Shown here: positions 1 through 22,200 of the stretch, in pieces | Layout: every line of letters begins with the position of its first letter | Numbering within the stretch: the first letter of the stretch is position 1 | Assembly (NCBI RefSeq): GCF_902459465.1 | Contig: NW_022985705.1 | Span: 124,001 to 188,000, forward strand | Reading direction: 5' to 3' | Length of the DNA stretch: 64,000 nt | Source of the DNA: Asterias rubens | Lineage: Eukaryota | The notes under the pieces: generated by a model | What the model saw: the letters and a program-made list of their open reading frames with translations, nothing else | Databases searched by the model: none | Told to the model about the DNA's origin: nothing | Program-made: the position numbers and the translations under genes

Positions 1-63
1 ATTGCTTTGGTTTGCCATTATTATGTCATTATTTTTTTTTTCCCTAAATGTCGTTGCTATTAA

Positions 64-2114
64 GGCGCCTTGTCAAAACCTCCAAGCTGTTCCATTCCGC
101 GTGCATTTTGCGGGAGTCCGCGGATTTTTGTAACAAAAGAACCCGTAGCAACCGGGCATGTCCACGGCCACCACGGCTCATTTACATGTCAATAAACATG
201 AATATTCCGGGGGCTCCGCGGAGCGACCGGTCGGCCATTGTAAGGTCCAGCTTGTGAGCTGATCGGCGGAACTGCGGAGGAACGTAGGTGGTTAACAATG
301 GTTTTACCTTAATTTGCAGATTAAAAAGCAAAGTAAGGGTGGATGTGTAACTAAAATCCATTTCCTCCAATGTGTGATTTTTAAGACTTGGTTGGGCCTA
401 CATTACCAAAACATGAATTTTAAAAATGGTTGTCTTTATTCCCGGATTCGACAAAAGTTCCAGGCTACGTGCAAACTCCGTTGTAAGCTAACCCTCTAGT
501 CACTGCACCGCCCGAGTTTCTGAAAACCAATTTTTCAAGATTCTTGCAGTAAACAACTGGAATCGTAGTTCAATTTTTAAAAGATAGCTTAATATTTATG
601 CACATTTTTTTACCCTTTTGGTAATGATTGTATAAAAGTACAAGCTCCCATTGGGAACAATAATCGGCTCTCGAATATTTTTTTGTAAGGATAAAATGGA
701 CACAATAGCTTTTCAAGGCTTTTATCTGGCTCAATGCTCATACTAATTAAATGCGAAGGCGTTAGTTTTCGACAATATCATCATTAATGATGAATAAATA
801 CAGTTTCCGTTGTGTTTACTAATTGGTATGAGCTAAATTATTTCATCGAAGCTAATGACGATGAAATAATTTAGCTCATACCAATTAGTAAACACAAAGG
901 AAACTGTATTTATTCATCATTAATATTGATATTGTCGAAAACTAACGCCTTCGCATTTAATTAGTTTGAGCATTGAGTCAGATAAAAGCCTTGACAAGCT
1001 ATTGTGTCCATTTTATCCTTACAAAAAAAAATTCGAGAGCCGATTATTGTTCCCAATGGGAGCTTGTACTTTTATACAAACATTACCGAAAGGGTAAAAA
1101 ATTGTGCATGAATATTAAGCTATCTTTTAAAAATTGAACTACGATTCCAGTTGTTTACTGCAAGAATCTTGAAAAATTGGTTTTCAGAAACTCGGGCGGT
1201 GCAGTGACTAGAGGGTTGTCAGAGTATCCAGTGGACAATTTTAACTGTTCGTTCTTACTTTCCAAGCGGAAAACATTGGTTTCTTATTAATAAAATCCCA
1301 AGTCACCGTCACCAATAAACAAATCTACACACCTGTGCGAGTGTGTCTCCATGTCAAAACAACCAGATAGTCTGGTTTGTCCAATGTCTGGGGGGGGGGG
1401 GGGGAGCCACAGTTTTAGAGACCGATGTTTCTATTGGCTGTTGAATTTAAATATAGCGCGCAACGAATGTTTTCATTGGTCGATTTTGCCCTACTGCCAG
1501 AGCAGCATATTGTATTCAACATCATGGAAGAAAACGTTAAGTAGTCGCGGCGGCGGTGATTTCTTATTAATTTAGCATCGTTTTTCTTGCGGGAAAATCG
1601 ATTAAATGTGAATGGTTTCAAGTTAAAAATCAATATTTTTGTATCAAGCATAAATGTTGCAAATTATGCTTCGCAAATTGGATCGCAACATTTGAGATGC
1701 ACTTTTTACAATTGCATAGCAAATCATCAAAATTGCATCACAAATTGCGATGTATACAGGCGAAATCGTTCCCTGATTATCACAAGCGCTGGATGGTGTA
1801 ATTGTCTTGTCGGTGCGGCCTGTCCGCTTCCAGGAGGATGTTATTCATGAGTAAAAAATGTATTGTTCTGGAAGAGCACGGCCGGTCCGCGTCCAAGCCG
1901 CTGATATGACCTGAAAATACAACTTGTTTATTCATGAGACTTATTGTTATACTAACAATAGCGCCTGGCAAGGATAGCTCATTAACTTCGCCGCGCTTCA
2001 ACGCACATGGCCGTTCTTCCGCAGACTGTCCGAGGTCCTTAGCAACGGCGGTATTTGCTGTCCAGTCCGCAGACTGTCAGCGGAGGAACGCCCGGGAGGT
2101 TTTGACAAGGCGCC
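64..2114. mobile_element. Non-autonomous PIF/Harbinger-type DNA transposon (~2.05 kb)
   Basis: Perfect 20-bp TIRs GGCGCCTTGTCAAAACCTCC (64-83) and its reverse complement (2095-2114). Both ends are flanked by a direct TAA (61-63, 2115-2117), the typical Harbinger TSD. No transposase ORF inside. Confidence 0.85.
490..1217. mobile_element. Foldback (long hairpin) element nested in the Harbinger element
   Basis: Arms 490-848 and 859-1217 are near-perfect reverse complements around a 10-nt loop (849-858). The ends AACCCTCTAG...CTAGAGGGTT resemble degenerate piggyBac (TTAA)CCCT...AGGG(TTAA) termini, but the TSD is not intact. Confidence 0.9.
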
Positions 2115-2279
2115 TAAGTGGGAATATGGAAACGTGAGAATGTTTGACTGAGTTGGTCATTGATGTTGCAAGATAATAATGAAAGAAAAAAACAAAATGA
2201 ACACATTTTGTGTGTGTGTGCTTTCAGATACATAAAAAGGGCTACAGGCCTGAAGTGTTTTTTTTATTTGAGTGAGAAA

Positions 2280-2408
2280 TTGCCTCTTTCTCCAAAACTA
2301 CGCTACTTCAGAGGGAGTTGTTTCTTACAATGTTTTAAAATAATATAAACAGTTCTCCATTGCTCGTTACCAAGTTAGTTCATTTTTATGCTAACAATTA
2401 TGTTAAGT
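2280..2408 (-). repeat. Degraded fragment of Kolobok/T2-type MITE family B
   Basis: Matches the reverse complement of the copies at 25835 and 47703 (AAAACTACG..CTTCAGAGGGAG..TTTCT..ACAATGTTTTA..CTCGTTACCAAGT). Boundaries approximate. Confidence 0.6.
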
Positions 2409-2645
2409 ACTTACATCACCGAATTTAAAGTGCGCCTTTTTTAAAGGATACAAAGCGCTAGGGATAATGCAACCAAAAACCAAAAGAGAATAATATAAAT
2501 AATAGTAAGCAAAAATATTAGAAGTGACGAAACAAAAACACATTAGATGGAACGATTAAACAAATGTTTCATACTATAGTTACCAATGGGGTAAGATTGT
2601 GTGGGTTTCAAAATAATAATTTACAAATGTTATTTTACCTTTCAG

Positions 2646-2883
2646 AGCGGCTGTGCCAAATAGCACCAAGAGTGCTAGAGTTGTCAGATCAGGTGCCATT
2701 ATTATTCCGAAGGGTGTTAGTTTATCAGAATATCACAGAACCACGGCAGAATCTCTGTACCACACTGTATGCATTACAAAACATAATGGTAGGCTTGCCG
2801 CTATAATTGCATGGGGATGTCGACTTCGTGATTTACTTCAAATTACCGTGCCAAGTACAATGTCAGAATATATTGATCACTGA
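2646..2883 (+). CDS. Candidate terminal coding exon of an unidentified upstream gene
   Basis: Acceptor TTTTACCTTTCAG ends at 2645, followed by an open frame to TGA (AAVPNSTKSARVVRSGAIIIPKGVSLSEYHRTT...). More GC-rich than the flanks; AATAAA near 3233. No family recognised. Confidence 0.25.
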
Positions 2884-3439
2884 GTAATGCTGGTGCCGTG
2901 CGGCTGTTAAACGATTTTAATTATCTTCAGCAAAATCGATTGTTTTCGTTTGACGATCAAAGGCTATAGAAGATATAGTTTTATTGAGCCACGTATCATC
3001 ATTTTCTTGGCACCAGCACCAAGGTTATAAGCTTGCCTTTTAGCTTGCCATTATGCAGTCGCGTTGAATGACTTTGTGTGATGGCTAAAAATGTTCTATG
3101 CAATAACTTATTTTATGAATGGCTTGGATAAGATTTGATGTGGTGCACATTCTTATTTCATTAGAATTGCCATCCTCAAAACTTTTCCTGTTTTTTTTTC
3201 AAAGGATATTCCATTTTGAATCGGTTTAGAAGAATAAATAAATTCCCTTGAAAATCACTTCGATAGTGGCAAGTTCTAAGTGCATTTGAAATCCCCCATG
3301 AGGGCGTTTGTCTGCTTCACTACAGCAAAACGAAATACTTTTGGAACTTGGGGCATGCGGCAGTATTTGGAGTGTATAATTTCCTTATGCATAATAAAAG
3401 TTTTATTAAATTCTGACATGGAACTTTACCGATCATCAC

Positions 3440-3570
3440 TTAAAGCCATTGGACACTTTCTGATTAGAACAAAAATTAAAAGTTCAAAGATACAGAAGGG
3501 ATTTGCTCACGAAAGACTTCCCTTGAATTATTATTCCATGAAATGCTTTACTTTTTTAGTAACCATTAAA
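3440..3570. repeat. Truncated Kolobok/T2-type MITE family C
   Basis: TTAA+AGCCATTGGACACTTT end, followed by degraded similarity to the copy at 46992. Confidence 0.55.
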
Positions 3571-4056
3571 AGAAGAGGGCGCTATATCAGTCAATAATAA
3601 GAGCCGTATATCGGGACGATTAAAAACCACGATCACACAATTGGAAGTACGATTATTCCCTCGCATTTCAACCCGCTCAAAAATGCCGTAGAATTCGTTG
3701 AGCATACACTGTTACAAGTCTATGTCGTCCAAGTGCATGCTGATGTCACGACAAAGGACTGACCAAGTTTAGGAAATCAGCTGACACAGCCCCATTCCAA
3801 CTGGTACCTAAGCATAACAAAGCAAAAACACACATACTTACAGCATTGCACCATGCTAAATAGAACAGCCTACGAACCGTTCCACGTTCACGTACATAAA
3901 CAAGTCCTCTGTACACGGAAAACAATTCTTGAAAACATCCATTTCTTATGAAATGAATCGTTTTGAATAAAACAAGTATTTAAAAACTCCTGGTTAATCA
4001 TGTTTTATCATTTAGGGTAAAATCTGCTGAGATACTTTGATTTGAAGAATTCATTA

Positions 4057-4124
4057 TGACGTCACGCGGATTGATATTGGCTTGACGTGTTTATAAAGGA
4101 AGCAATGCCATTTTAATTTCCTCT
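4057..4124 (+). promoter_or_regulatory. Putative PABP core promoter: CRE, TATA-like box and TCT/5'TOP-like start
   Basis: TGACGTCA at 4057-4064, TTGACGT at 4082-4088, TTATAAA at 4091-4097, and a pyrimidine run TTTCCTCT at 4117-4124 about 28 nt after the TATA-like box. It lies directly upstream of the A-rich exon. Confidence 0.5.
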
Positions 4125-4322
4125 ACAACATTGACGCGGAGTGGTTGTGTGTGCAGTGAATACGTTCACACAACCCCATTTAAAATAAAACGTTCCTTTG
4201 GAACATAAAAAATACAAAAAAAGTTTAAAAGTAAAAAACCAACAAATAAAAAAAGTAAAGAAACTACTGTGCTTGCTGCAGACGAGGAAACTACGGGATT
4301 TTCAGCTTATATACGTGTAAAC
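4120..4322 (+). promoter_or_regulatory. PABPC1: Non-coding exon 1 of PABP with A-rich autoregulatory sequence (ARS)
   Basis: Oligo(A) clusters at 4182-4263, no upstream ATG, and a consensus donor GTAAGT at 4323. The matching acceptor TTTCCATTACAG ends at 5738, 20 nt before the PABP ATG. A-rich 5'UTRs are an established PABP feature. Confidence 0.65.
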
Positions 4323-5310
4323 GTAAGTCACATATGGAACTGATAAATGAAACTGAATGAAAATTTGCCAAGCACGTCGTTGGTGTTCACGTGTGGCGAA
4401 TGACGAGTAACAATTTCCCCGAAACGTGCTTTCATTTTTGGTGTGGTACAAAAATGGGTTATAATTCCGTGTCTGACTGCCACTTTTTCATTTATAACGA
4501 AATAAAATTATATCTTATTTACTGAACATCATTGCTTAGGCGTTGAATGAGTCGTTGATTGAGGACACTTATTTTTTTCTTCTATCTAATAATATTATAA
4601 AAATGTAATGTGATTGTGAGAGAGAAAGGCAGCGGCCGCGGCGGCGGCGGGAGGGTAGAATGATTGCGCAACTTAACTGTCATGTGATTCATGTTAGTGC
4701 CCCATAAAAATAAAAAATTAAACATTTATTATAGCGTTACTTAGTACTAGTTAGCGGTAGTAATACAAATTTACATGTATTTTATACTTGGGCTTACAGG
4801 CCTACAAGTACAATACAATACATGTCAAGAGTTTGATTCCTTTATTTTCTTTTTATAGCCTAATAAAGCCCTAATTTTAATTTAAAATTGTTTTATTTTT
4901 ACTTTGCCAGGAGATGTACAGCTTAGTCATGATTTGCCTGCTTTAACTTATTGTTGCGTAGGTCAAAATAGTTGCTTTAACTGCAGTGCAAGTGCAATTA
5001 TTGCATTGCATAGTATATAGTGTATACTTCACATTTCATACTACACAAGTTCAATATTTTATTGTATCCTCTGCTTACCTTGCCTTTTTCTTTGAATTGG
5101 AAAAAAAATAATGATGCCATATATCAACCGATGCCCTAATTATCTTTATTTGTTTTTATTAAGTATGCAAACATGTATTAAAACTTGATGAACATTGAAA
5201 TGTTCAAACCACACACCCATCTTCGATGACTTCAACTGGCCCCATTTGTTTTGAGTTTTTCCAGTTTTCACGGCAAACAAGAAAGCATGGTTTCCCTGTG
5301 AAGCCATACT

Positions 5311-5428
5311 AAAGATGTTGTAAAAGTAGAATACAATGATCTACACAAACATGCCTCGAAATTGCACGGTTTTCCTTTAACCTCTATGACCAACACGGTC
5401 GGCCATTTATGGGAGTCAAGTTTTTGAC
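5311..5428. repeat. Internal fragment of Kolobok/T2-type foldback MITE family A
   Basis: Near-identical to part of the copies at 10267, 25312 and 57003 (GTAAAAGTAGAATACAATGATCTACA...CGGTCGGCCATTTATGGGAGTCAA). Confidence 0.75.
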
Positions 5429-5439
5429 GTATACTAATT

Positions 5440-5612
5440 AGACTGGGTATTTCCTGCTGAAGTAAGTTTATGAGTTCTCAAAGATTTAGGACAGTCCTAC
5501 CTTAGGACTTGTCCTAGGAGATATAAAAAACGAATGGCTAGTCCTAAGTTTGGACCTGAAATCGTCCTAACTCGAGATAAGACTAGTCTTAACTCTTTGT
5601 GAAATCCACCCC
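5440..5612. repeat. Harbinger-like MITE end (…TTTGTGAAATCCACCCC)
   Basis: Terminal motif shared with 50205-50350, followed by AGG. TCCTAA/TTAGGA sub-repeats are also seen at 54020-54180 and 27765-27915. Confidence 0.55.
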
Positions 5613-5752
5613 AGGCCTAGTAATGTATGGAAAAATTTGGCCATTGTAAAAAGCCGAAGTGCGTGTCGTAATGATTATGGACTGCACTTCAAATTTAATA
5701 AAATCATTGACATTGGAGTTTCTCTCTTTCCATTACAGAACAAAACCAATAA

Positions 5753-16031
<10,279 letters not shown>

Positions 16032-18485
16032 TAACAGCAAGAAGCGCACCACAGCAAGCATGTACAACCCTTCATTCATTGGCTTTCTGCCTACACTTGC
16101 GTTCTCAAGAATAGTCGCTGTAAATACTAGCTTGGATCAGACACAAGATGGCATTCTCAATCATCCCAGCATGGATGCTATCATCCTTGATTGGGATGAT
16201 TGAATATCCAATGGTGGAGTCTAACCAATCCAAAATAAATCAGAATCTATAAGCTTCCGACACAGGCGGAGTGTAAAACACCCAATCAAGTTGTCATCAG
16301 TCAGTGACATTTAGACATATTCACACCGATTGTCACCATTTGTACAGGCATTTTTCAAGTTTCTACAGATTGTCTGGTATTGAATACTTTGCAGTGGATT
16401 TGGAGATTTCTGCATTGTGCATGGAATTTTACCTGTTTCAGAAATGTTTTTTGAAATGGGAGTAGCAACTTGAAAAATGACGGTCACTAAAGCATTTGAA
16501 ATGATCCAGATTGCAAGTTGTTCAAATTCGTCAGTGATTATTTGTAGAAACATACTGTAAAGTGTTTACTTCCTTTATTCATCGATCGATCGATTAATCA
16601 AGCGTCAATCAATCAATCTTCGGTACTAAGACAGGGATGATATGGTTGGCCCAAGTTCAAGTGAATATGCCCAGTCTTAGCATTATGTCTTGTGAAAGTG
16701 CTAAAAGGAAAGTCAAAGAATGGAAAGGTTTCATGTTGGGGGGAAACATTTCGTCGGTAAACATTAAGTAGATTTAGCAGAAGAACACTAAAAAAAAAAT
16801 CAAAAAGAACAAAAAAATAGTAAAATTGTGTGAAAAGGAAGTTGAGAAAAAAAAATTTTTGCAAAAAATTCTTCAACAAGCCAAGCTGCTTGGAAAGACA
16901 AACAAAAAAATCGAAAGAAATGTAAAACCAACAAAAAAAAAGAAAAAAAAACCACATTAAAAAAAAGCAAAATTCAAAATAAGGTGTTATCAATAGAGGG
17001 CAGTGTATCGAGAAAGAGACGACAAACGACGAATCCTTCAAGATTTCAGTGAGAGCAAAAAAATACAAAAAATAAAACAGTACAAACAAAGAAGAGATAA
17101 TCAACTAATTAAGCTGCACCAGTTGTAATGGTGTCTAAAAAAGAAAAAAAATATCTAATAAAAACGGAAAAATAGTCTTAAAAATGTTACAAAAATGTAA
17201 AACAGTTAAACAAAAAATGTTGCAAATTTATTGAGCAGATTGTTGCGCTTTCAATTATTATTTTTTGCTGTAACATCGTTATTTTTTATTCTGAGACTTC
17301 TTTAAAAAGAAACATGTTTGCGGAACACGTTGTTGAATTGATCTACGTATCGTACAGATTTGAAAAGGTAAATTTCCCCAAAGTATTCCATCAAAAGTTT
17401 CGGACAAGATGTCGAAGTATAGTGACAAAAATTAAGTTGACATTAGTTCATGTTGGTTATACTTGCTGAAACGAGGACAACAATAGAAATACCCTAGCAA
17501 GATAAACCCGTCAAAACCGTTACGGTGACCTCTTTGAACATTTATTTTATTTTAATTGCTTTAAGAAAACAATATGTTTTAAAGACGTGATAAATACTTC
17601 CAACTACATGTACATGTAAATGTTTTTAGTGAGAGCTTAAAATGTTGTTCCTTTTTTGGGAGTTGCGTAACGAGGTCCCACTACAGGGCCTGATTTAACC
17701 CAGCTGTTCAGTGTAAAATGGGAGTTTGAAAACAATAATCCGTGGCCCCTTCAGAACAATGCACAGGGCGGGCAAATGAACATTGCTCTTTGACCTCTCA
17801 TGGATAGCGCTGTACTCTAATAACGTCATGTGCACAAGGTCTATTACATAGCTGTTTAAGATGGTAACCATTTTCTGCTTAAGCAGATTAAGCTGTCCCT
17901 TATTATGTCACTCCCCCTTATGTAATCCCATCCTTTTATGTTTTTTATTTTAAATTTATTTTAATTTTGCACAAAAATATGGGAGAACTAGACCTGCAAC
18001 AGACCTGAACTGAAGCGGATGAACTGTTCCAACTAGTATTGTTTTTCTTCTGGTAAACCTCATGAATTGTAACATCTGGGAGGTACCGAGTTTAGAACTT
18101 GAAAAACATGTGCTATGCGGGAAACTTTCAAATTGTCCAAATTTAATCTCATCCAAGGTTTGTGGGGTAAACACTGTACCTCTATGAAGTAGCCTTAAGT
18201 GATTGCTCAACAGTGATGTTGTAAAGTTCAATTTTGGGACTAAACTTTCAACTTATTCTGTGCATCACTACAATGCCAGTTGCATGGTTAAAATAATGAA
18301 ATGTTTGTACATGTATTTTTTTTTAAGGCAAATAAGTAATTTCTTGTATAAGAGCCTTTATAATACAATGTACAATTATCCCTAAAATTGTGCACATTTT
18401 TTATGCTTTGTTCAGATTAAAAATAGCTGCTGTTATTTTGTTATGTTTTTGCTTTTTTTGTTTTGGTTTTTAAAAAGTCAAAGTT

Positions 18486-18591
18486 AATAAAGTAAGCTTG
18501 TTTTCACCACAGTTACCGAGTATTAGGTGATTTTCTTTCTTGTTTGAACTTTAATTTTATTTAAATTAATTACAAACTCTATGAAAATAAA
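18486..18591 (+). terminator. Likely PABP polyadenylation signals
   Basis: AATAAA at 18486-18491 and 18586-18591, at the end of a long A/U-rich 3' region; not confirmed by transcript data. Confidence 0.4.
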
Positions 18592-18959
18592 TAATATAAA
18601 ATAACCAGATTTTATCCTCGCCTATAAATTAAATGAAAGGCACATGGCCATTCAAGGTGATTGAACTAGGGCCAAAGTTCATGGTTAGATTAGTAAACTT
18701 GCCCAGTCCCTCCGATTAATACTTGAATTTTGATCCAGATGTTTGTGCGACATTATTTTCTTTCTTTACGATTCTCTATCTCTGCAATCCGCATATAATT
18801 ATACACAAACAAATTATTTATAAAAATATAAAATTTAGTTTCTAAATGGCTTAGAAATTAAGTTTGTGTACAACACTACAAACATTCTTATCCAATCCTC
18901 TTCGGCAACCCTTCTGTTTACAATAATTATTATTACCCACCGTTTCATATGGGTTGCCG

Positions 18960-19205
18960 TTGGCTATTTTTACACAACTATCAACAATGACTCTTTGGAG
19001 CGATGGGGGCTCAAATTGTTATCAAAATTGCAAGAAAAATAAAGACAGTAAAACGCCCTTGTTACACAAAATGTGTGTGCTCTCTTAGATTCAAATATTA
19101 ATTTAGTGTGAAACTACCTCATTCTATTCTACGTAACTTTAAGAAGGAACCGTTTCTCATAATGTGTTTTACTATCAACAGCTCTTCGTTACTCGTTACC
19201 AAGTA
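18960..19205 (-). repeat. Old MITE fragment related to family B
   Basis: CCCTTGT.ACAC, AACCGTTTCTCA.AATG, CTATCAAC and TACTCGTTACCAAGT motifs match family B in reverse orientation, with high divergence. Confidence 0.5.
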
Positions 19206-19244
19206 CGTCGACCAAAATATTTGTTGAGTAATATATAAGTTGAT

Positions 19245-22200
19245 TTAAATGAGCAGTTCTCCTCTGTAGTCTAGTTTCTGGTTTGTAATATTCTGACCGA
19301 GGAACACACTGATTGCCGACAGAATAATCGTAAAGTTATGTCCTTTGCTTTCTTCGTGTATCTCTGCCGAGAAGGCCAAAAGGCGATCCCAAAAAGCCTC
19401 ATGGCGACAGCTCCTCTGACGCGAGAGGGCGTAGTTAAACTGAACCCACACGTCGTCGATGTTGATGCCGCCGACTGCAAGTAACGGTAGAATGAGCACC
19501 AAGAATTTCTCATTAAAGATAACGATGTTGATTAATAAATTTTCATTGGCGAGATACATCTTTGTCCCGCTGTAGACTTCGTAGTTCCATGTGATATGGA
19601 CGGTGATTCCTAGCACGGCTGAGGCCATGATGAACGGCATCAGGAATGTTAGCACACGCCTAAGCAGGCAAAACTCGTGGTTTATCTCTGCTATGCGACG
19701 CCTACACAGGGCAAGGTTTCCTTCGTAGCGTTTGATGAACACCAGGACAAGGTTAAACTCTGCTGTTAAAGCCATGCGCATGACCAGGACATAGTACCAG
19801 AAGCATGCGAAGAGTGGAAGCCCAACAACCGACGTGCCAATGATCACCACAAGCTTAAAGAGTGTGAAAGCTAACTCTCGTCTGGCCGTTGTTGGAGTGT
19901 AACTCTGTTTGTTATCCATCGCGGCACTGAGAATTTGAATACCGTTCAGAACATGCAGAGCATTAATTGCCAGAATCCAGACGGTGGTAAAGAATAGGAA
20001 CAGCACACCAGGTAAACGGAACTGTGTACCAGTTAAACTCAACAGACGCCTAGCAATGTAGTCTTGATGAAGCACTTGCCACCAAGAGCTGTTTTTCTTC
20101 CCTGAGGCCCGGTGGATATACCGCATGGTGTTTGACACAGTGCAGATCAGAGCAACCTCGAGTAGTATGGCTTCATATGATAAGACAGACAGGAGATGTG
20201 TGATGTAGCGGAATATACCCCAGAACTTGATCATATACCAGAACAGTGCGACTATGGTACACACAAGGAACATCAAGATGGGAAGGTTGGCCAGAATGCC
20301 ACACGGGGCACTGTTCAGTCGTTCTGGAACTGAAAACAAAACATTGGTTTTACACCAAAAATGTGCACCAATAAAAAAACCACACTGCTGGCACTAGTGG
20401 AAATGCGTCATTTTCGGGTATGACTAGAACCATGTATTTAAAACCACCTGGATACAAACCACACCCTTCTTATTTGTCCACCCGATATATAAAGATTCGG
20501 GTCTCGACTTTATATCAATTTTTTAAAGCTACTTCCCCATTATTTGTTATCACAAAAAGTTAAAGTCCCAAGTATCGTGGCCCTTCAGAGGGCTTGTAAA
20601 CGCTAACGTCATGGGTAATAATAGTTTTCTCCGAAGTGCAAGGCCATGTGGAGTAGTAGATTGGACCATTCTATTTTGAGGAGGGGGGGGGGGCATAAAC
20701 ATGACTCTATAGCGGCAATGATATAGCACGCTTACCAGCTTTAGTGAAATCGTTTATCGCTGCCCCGTTGGCGTTCCATAGGACACTCCTGCACACGGCA
20801 CAGTTGCCGTCTTCTTTTGATTCTCCATCAGTGACGTCATCTCTCTCGGTGTCCGGTTTTTTCCCTTCACCAGTTTCCATGTCAGTAGTAGCAGTGTCGA
20901 CTGCCATGTGGAAACCTGTAATGAAATTATCAAACAAATTTGGAAGGCTATAGATAATCCCCCTACTCGTACCTAAGAGCTGAATTGCGAAGGGTACGCG
21001 GCTACAACGTGTCCGAGAAGCAGGTTTGCAAGGGTGCCTTCGTAGGCAGCCAGCCACATCAACCCATTATGACCACGGAGCACAGCCACATCGAAATGAA
21101 TGACCCGATGGTCTGGAAACCCTCGTTGCACAGCAGAGAGTCAACGCACGGTAGCACTGACCGGGTATCGAACCAGCGTCACATTGGTTGAGAGGCGAAC
21201 GCTTTACGCTCATGCCAATAAACACTGCCCCAGTAAAGGCAATTTTGGATTAGAGATTCAGCGTAGAGAGTGATGCAATGCGTTATGACCTTCAGCCAAA
21301 CTTCTCAAATCCAGACTTCCTAGCTGTAAAAAAGTCCTCATTGTGAATTTTTGTTATAGTAATGTTGTTAACTTTTAGCACTTTACCACCCACAGGCGCC
21401 CGTACCGCCCGCAACCGCCCTCGAAGTTTGACAAGTTGTATTACTTAACATAAGACTAAAACACAGCAAACAGTCTAAGAGCGTGATCTCAAGATGGCAG
21501 CAGTCTAAAATAGTACAAGGTCCCAGTAAGAAAAACAAAACCAATGACAAACTTGAGGCGTGTACATTGGAGCCAAAACGAACAACATAATATTAACTTC
21601 ATGGTTTTTTTTTTACAATCGAGGTTTAGAAAATGAAATTCTTCAAAAACACAAACTCAAAGTAAGCTCACGGCAAACGGCTGGTCAGTATTAACATGGT
21701 AATACAATTCAACTGAAATATTGTAAAAATGTTTAGTCTTGCATATTAAAATGAAAATAGAATGACTGAAACAAAACTTAATGAGAAGAAGGACATCGCG
21801 TGTGTACGACATCGAACTTATAATGCATGTGTGTATACAAAAAAAAAACAATGTTTGAGCTCCCTTTTCAATGGTTTGAGTGGTTTAGGGAAACGCGTGA
21901 TTTTAATGCGTGTTTTACGTATGACTGAATTATTTTATTTGTGCTGAAATTGCCCGGGAAAACCTACACTATGAAGCCACCGTGGTCAAGTGTTCAGATT
22001 AAAGGATGTGCAATAACGGTGTTGGGTTCGAATCCTACCAAACTAACCACTGATTTCACCACCCACCTCACAATGACTATAGAATTACGTCGTCGTCTAG
22101 TTTACTGATTGACAGTGTCTTGATTATTGCAACTCATCGTAGGAACGTTAAACCAATGTTGTTTTGTATGAAAAAGAATGGATGTTGCCAGCTTGGTTTT

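Noticed and set aside
64-2114. Harbinger transposase or Myb/SANT gene within the element
   Set aside because: Only short ORFs (<90 aa) without DDE or Myb motifs are present.
16613-17104. 163-aa Phe-rich minus-strand ORF that looks like a membrane protein
   Set aside because: It is the antisense reading of the A-rich PABP 3' region (poly-T gives poly-Phe), a low-complexity artefact.
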